A DNA stretch of 64,000 bases from Asterias rubens (Eukaryota): NCBI RefSeq assembly GCF_902459465.1, contig NC_047064.1, positions 22,568,001 to 22,632,000 on the forward strand, given 5' to 3'. A model generated the notes under the pieces. That model searched no databases. It was not told where the DNA came from and worked only from the letters and a program-made list of their open reading frames with translations. The first letter of the stretch is position 1; each line of letters starts with the position of its first letter. Position numbers and translations under genes: made by a program. Of this stretch, positions 59,401 to 64,000 are shown in pieces.

Positions 59401-61917
59401 CCCACCTGAGGTATAACCTCAGGTTTGAGCTCCACCAGAGGTTTTATCTCAGCCAAAAGTATTACCTTTTTTTGCCTCAATCAGCAGTATAATCACCCCG
59501 ATTATATCCCAACCAATCCTAGGGAATGAGTGAACTCGTTTGGGATAGTGGCCATCATCGTCTTGGGAGGGTGATGGGATGAGGCGTGAAAATGGTACTG
59601 ACTAGAGTGACATACCTTGAACCAAAGTACCCAGCCTGGCAGAGGCAGTCACCGCTAACTGGATCGCACTCTAATGCACTAGCTGGGCACTCACACACCA
59701 TGGAGCAGCTCTCTCCATAGGACCCCTGCGGGCATGTCTCATTGCATGTAAGTCCCATCCAGCCTCCGTAACACATACACTTCCCTGTCAACGGGTCACA
59801 TTGTGATGTTCCGTCGTTGCATTGACATTCACGGCCACAAAGCTCCCCGTAAAATCCATCTGGACATCTAGTATGAAGTGACAAAATTGATTCACACTTG
59901 ATAATCCGAAATGGATGGTCTTGCGTGTATTCGAACTCCCGGGACCCCAGTTGGTCCCAACCATAGACCTATAAGAGTTTTACGTGATCTTCACGTCAAG
60001 GTAACTCGGCAAACACCAAGCTGGCAACAGCCAGTCTCTCCCATTGGTTAATCAGACTACAACACTCATGAGACTTTGAGACTTTGTGAAATCAGCGATT
60101 AGCTTGGTAGGGTTTGAACACACAACCTTAGAATTGCAAGTCCTGCGGTACCACACTGGACCACGGTGACAAAAATCCGAACACTGTCTGTGACTATTGT
60201 GTTAGCTCTACCGATCTCCCAACGATATCTTACATACTTACATCGAGTGAATGTTGCATTTTTCTCCTCTCCACATAGCAGGACAATCACATGTGTTATT
60301 TTGTGGGTTACACATTTGTGCGTTGGTACAATTCATACTACTGCTGCAGCTTGTGTCGTCTATTTCCTGAAACGATGCTTCTTTGAAGCATGCACCACTC
60401 CGTGGATCACACTGGGTCAAGTCACCGTCAGTACATTCACATGTTCTACTACATTCATAACCAAATTGGCCATCGGGACAGCCTTCAATAGAAAATGACA
60501 CCAACCATTAGATAAATACAGGCGCATACCAAGCAGTAAAGGCCGGGTTCTCTCAGCCTCTTGAAAACCAACCAAAGTCTTCAAGAATATTTGAGCAATT
60601 CAGCCCAAGTTTGGAATTTTTGCCTGAGACACCCAAACCTACTTGCTGCCAGTTTTCATGACGCACTCCTCTAACTTACAGTCAACGTGTGTAGAATGTT
60701 CATCTGACAGCGCCCTCTTTTGACTAAAGTTCAACCCGAGTTATTTACCACACGGAGAACACACATCCACTGGATGGGGCGGGGATGGGGGGGGTTGAAT
60801 CTCATATGGGCACAAAGTTATTTTAGTGCAATAGAATCGATACCATGGGATCATCTGAGCAGCAATAGAATCAATGTGATCAAAAGAGTCAAAAGAGGAA
60901 TACTTTTCTGAAATCCGTAACTCATTGATTCATGAAACTGAAACAACGATAACACCACGGCGATCAAAAAGACACTTTGCTTCCAGATTGGGAGCTTTGA
61001 GCTATAAACGCGTTTGTTATGAAATTAATAGAATTTGATTAATATTCTTAAAACGATACAATTTCCATAATGATTTACATTTCCTTTGAGATTGTATGGT
61101 TTTCCTTTAATTGAACTAACACGGTCCGTCATTTTGTGGAGTCAAGGTTATAGAAAATGGCGAACCGTGTTAGCTCACAATTAAAAGTTAAACCACACAT
61201 TTTCCAGGTGGTTTGTGAATCGTTTTATTCTACTTTTGACACATCTTTCCAACTATTCAGTTCACAGCGAACTCGTTCCATAGCACAAGCAAAGCTCCCA
61301 TCAATCCGACGACAACCTTAAAATTGCAACATAATTGCCATTAAAAGATGTAAACAAAGGTACGAGGTCTAACTCTTGTACCCTTTTATGGTTTTGAATA
61401 TCGTACTTTGTAAAATAGGTTGCATATTATTTTGAGGTATACTCGTCACGAATAATTAACTTCTACTCTAAAAAATTAGGTCAAAATTCCTTTTACAAAA
61501 TTGTTTATAGAATAATTTCAAAATGACATACGTGTACAATCTTTAGCGTCACCTTCCCATCCCGGGCAGCAGCGGCAAACTGGCTTAGAATGTCTGGTTG
61601 AGACTTTGTACGTCCAGCTGTAACGTAACGTAACGTAACGTAAACGTCAAGCTAGTAAGTTTTCGTTTATGGTTATTGGTTTGGTCAGGTCACACGGACA
61701 ATAATAATAACAGTGAACTTTTAGACAACCAAATTCACTGGACGTCACAAAAAGGAACACTTTGGCAGCGCAAGGTGTATTCTTCTAACTGCAACCCACT
61801 GTCCACAAGATGAGAAATATTGAATATCGCCTGTAAATTGCCTCGTATGACACAGATTTATTGTGACAAAAGAAATTGGATACAAGTCGGTAAATTTGTA
61901 TGAGCGATGAGCGTTTA
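56485..61917 (-). CDS. CED-1/Draper/MEGF10/11-like type I membrane receptor (EMI-like N-terminus, ~5 laminin-type EGF repeats, TM helix, NPxY and Tyr-rich tail); 5' end uncertain
   Basis: Exons (- strand): 61917-61800 (tentative), 61617-61532 (WTYKVSTRHSKPVCRCCPGWEGDAKDCT), 60482-60242, 59867-59616, 59109-59003 (CPDG-x-F/YG...C EGF units), 58276-58117 (TM PVVVAVIASALIVALLVFVILFL-RR), 57191-57130 (QNPCY), 56867-56485 (TAA). Phases are mutually consistent with GT-AG sites. The signal-peptide exon is not resolved. Confidence 0.8.
57479..57858. repeat. 47-bp minisatellite, 8 copies
   Basis: Unit ttacaacaccatgctgcagtgcactggcctgcagtcacatgtcacta, in an intron of the EGF receptor gene. Confidence 0.95.
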
Positions 61918-62926
61918 CTGTTTGAATGCAAATCATAATTAATTGGCTAACTGCAAACTGTGTGCCTGACAGGTGCGTGTGGCGGGGCGATTTTACTATT
62001 TCTAGTTCGGAAAGTAAACAAGAAGAAGGATGGTACCATTTCCAAAGCCATGCACAACGCCATGATCGAACGCTGACTGTTTTCATCCCTTGTTCAACAT
62101 ACCTGGAAAGAGACGATTAAAACTTTATTTTATTTTAATATGTAAACTATTGATGGACCATATTTATTTTACAAACGTGAATATTGATATGTGAACAACC
62201 TGGTTTAAAATGGCTACTTAAGACAGAGCCCTTGCCCTTAAGACAGGGTCTGTGCAGCACTTACACCCCGCATCGTGCAACGGTGCACAGAGATGTATTG
62301 AGAGAAAATTTGAGCTCAATGGCCGTCGAAGTTGCGAGATAATAATGACAGAAAAAACACCCTTGTCACACGAAGTTGGTTTTTATGCTATAATTTTTTT
62401 GAATAATTACCAATAGTGTTCACTGCCTTTAATTGGTAAAATTGATTAAAACTAGTGTGGACACACATGGGATGCATTGTGAATGGTCTTGTGAAAGTAC
62501 GGTATTGGTTAGTTCTGTTTCTTTTTGATTTTCATCAAAACCGACGATTGTTTGTGTCTTTCATAATAACTATAGGGAAGTGTTGAGAATGAAAGCAAAA
62601 CTCAGGATGTAGTTGGCAGTCACTCTGGTCCTACTTTCAGTTTCTCAACTAGATTGTTTTCATCGTTGTTATTTTATTACAATTATAATTATTGACGTTT
62701 CTGCCTGAACTCATGCAATTGGTGACACAGCAAACTCCGTCATGCGCGAGGCAGATTTTCACGAATTAAAGAGAAAGTATATCCTTTAGTTTTAGGGAAT
62801 AGTCGACGTTTTTTTTAATCCTATGCGAAACGTACATGTCTAAAATTAAAAATAATCTTTAAAAAAATTATTTTAAAGGGTGGGTGTGTTTCTTGAGACA
62901 TCTCCGAATACCTCCGATGTCCACAC

Positions 62927-63106
62927 ACGCAGGAATAAACCCTAGTACGCAGGGATAAACCCTAGTACGCAGGGATAAACCCTAGTACGCAGGGATAAAC
63001 CCTAGTACGCAGGGATAAACCCTAGTACGCAGGGATAAACCCTAGTACGCAGGGATAAACCCTAGTACGAAGGAATAAACCCTAGTACGCAGGAATAAAC
63101 CCTAGT
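62927..63106. repeat. 20-bp minisatellite, 9 copies
   Basis: Unit acgcagg(g/a)ataaaccctagt. Confidence 0.92.
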
Positions 63107-64000
63107 TGGAATACACAATCTGAGAAATGTACCCACAGATTCAACTTTGGGAGATACTGAGATATTTTTCATAACCACACGCAATGATCAAATTGATTTA
63201 CACTTTCGAAAGCTGAGTGTACTTCTAACCAAGAAAGTCTTAATTTACAATAGTTTTAAGAATAATTACCAAACGTATATACATCCCCTTAAAACAAAAA
63301 GAATTAAACAGAAATTGTCATAGGTAAACATCATAATGGCAAAATGAGCAATACTCGTAACCGGTCCCCATGCCGCGCATCCACTGAATTCAATAAGCAA
63401 TGAATATTGGTTTTATTAGACTTGTGGACAAGTCGTTAATAATCCCACGCGGTGAGATAGTCGAGTTGCAGCGGTGCTCTCGTGCGAACTTGGTTATTCT
63501 ATATCTATGGTTGCGGCTGGTTGCATTGTGGTCTAGCTGGTATCCAAATTTGATCCATATCTATCCCACAATGCACCTCATTCAACAGTCTGCGCTTGCG
63601 CAATGGTATTTGCAAAAAGGTCTATAACTCGACTATCTCACCGCGTGGGACATGTCCACAAGTCTAGGTTTCGAGGTTTTCCATTCTTATCGAGAGAGCT
63701 CATACCGTTCCTGCCTGGCTCCGCTGGCCGACTGTCCGCGTCATTTCGCCCGTCTCAGGTTGCCCTCCCACGCTGGTCATTGGACCTCAACCCACGGACT
63801 CGATTCATAATGTTCGAGAACGATATGAAATTCAATTAAATATTTCGTAAAGAAAAATACTTGGCATGATATCATCCAAGTATTATTCGAAGTGGTTCAA
63901 GGAAAACTCTGCACGTGAAATATTTGGAAAAGATGAGGGACAACTTGAAAGGGTCTGTATGCGCTTAGTAATAACTCGTCTAAATCATACAAATAAAAAC

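Noticed and set aside
62927-63106. Telomere-like AAACCCTA within the 20-bp repeat
   Set aside because: Not the metazoan (TTAGGG)n repeat; it is a motif embedded in an ordinary minisatellite.

Overview
AT-rich, intron-rich animal genomic DNA. The gene structures and repeat landscape suggest an echinoderm, probably a sea star (inference). Four spliced host genes could be reconstructed by hand. (1) LZTFL1/BBS17 (- strand, 8 coding exons, 302 aa, ATG-only first exon, GC-AG last intron). (2) EIF4B (+ strand, 15 coding exons, ~746 aa), head-to-head with LZTFL1. (3) A polyQ-rich PAR-family bZIP factor (- strand, 4 coding exons, ~512 aa). (4) A compact CED-1/Draper/MEGF10-like EGF-repeat receptor (- strand, 5' end uncertain). 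The standout is an intronless 552-aa ORF (10648-12306, +) nested antisense in LZTFL1 intron 5. It fuses a TRIM-type B-box and an NHL beta-propeller in frame to a Penelope-retroelement GIY-YIG endonuclease that retains its catalytic residues. It has a candidate promoter and 5' exon of its own, and a decayed paralogous fragment lies in another LZTFL1 intron. The rest is minisatellites, TTAA-flanked (Kolobok-like) MITEs, fold-back elements with 9-10 bp TSDs (one nested in a Kolobok-like element), LINE/SINE fragments and a 130-N gap. All assignments come from reading the sequence; no database searches were run.
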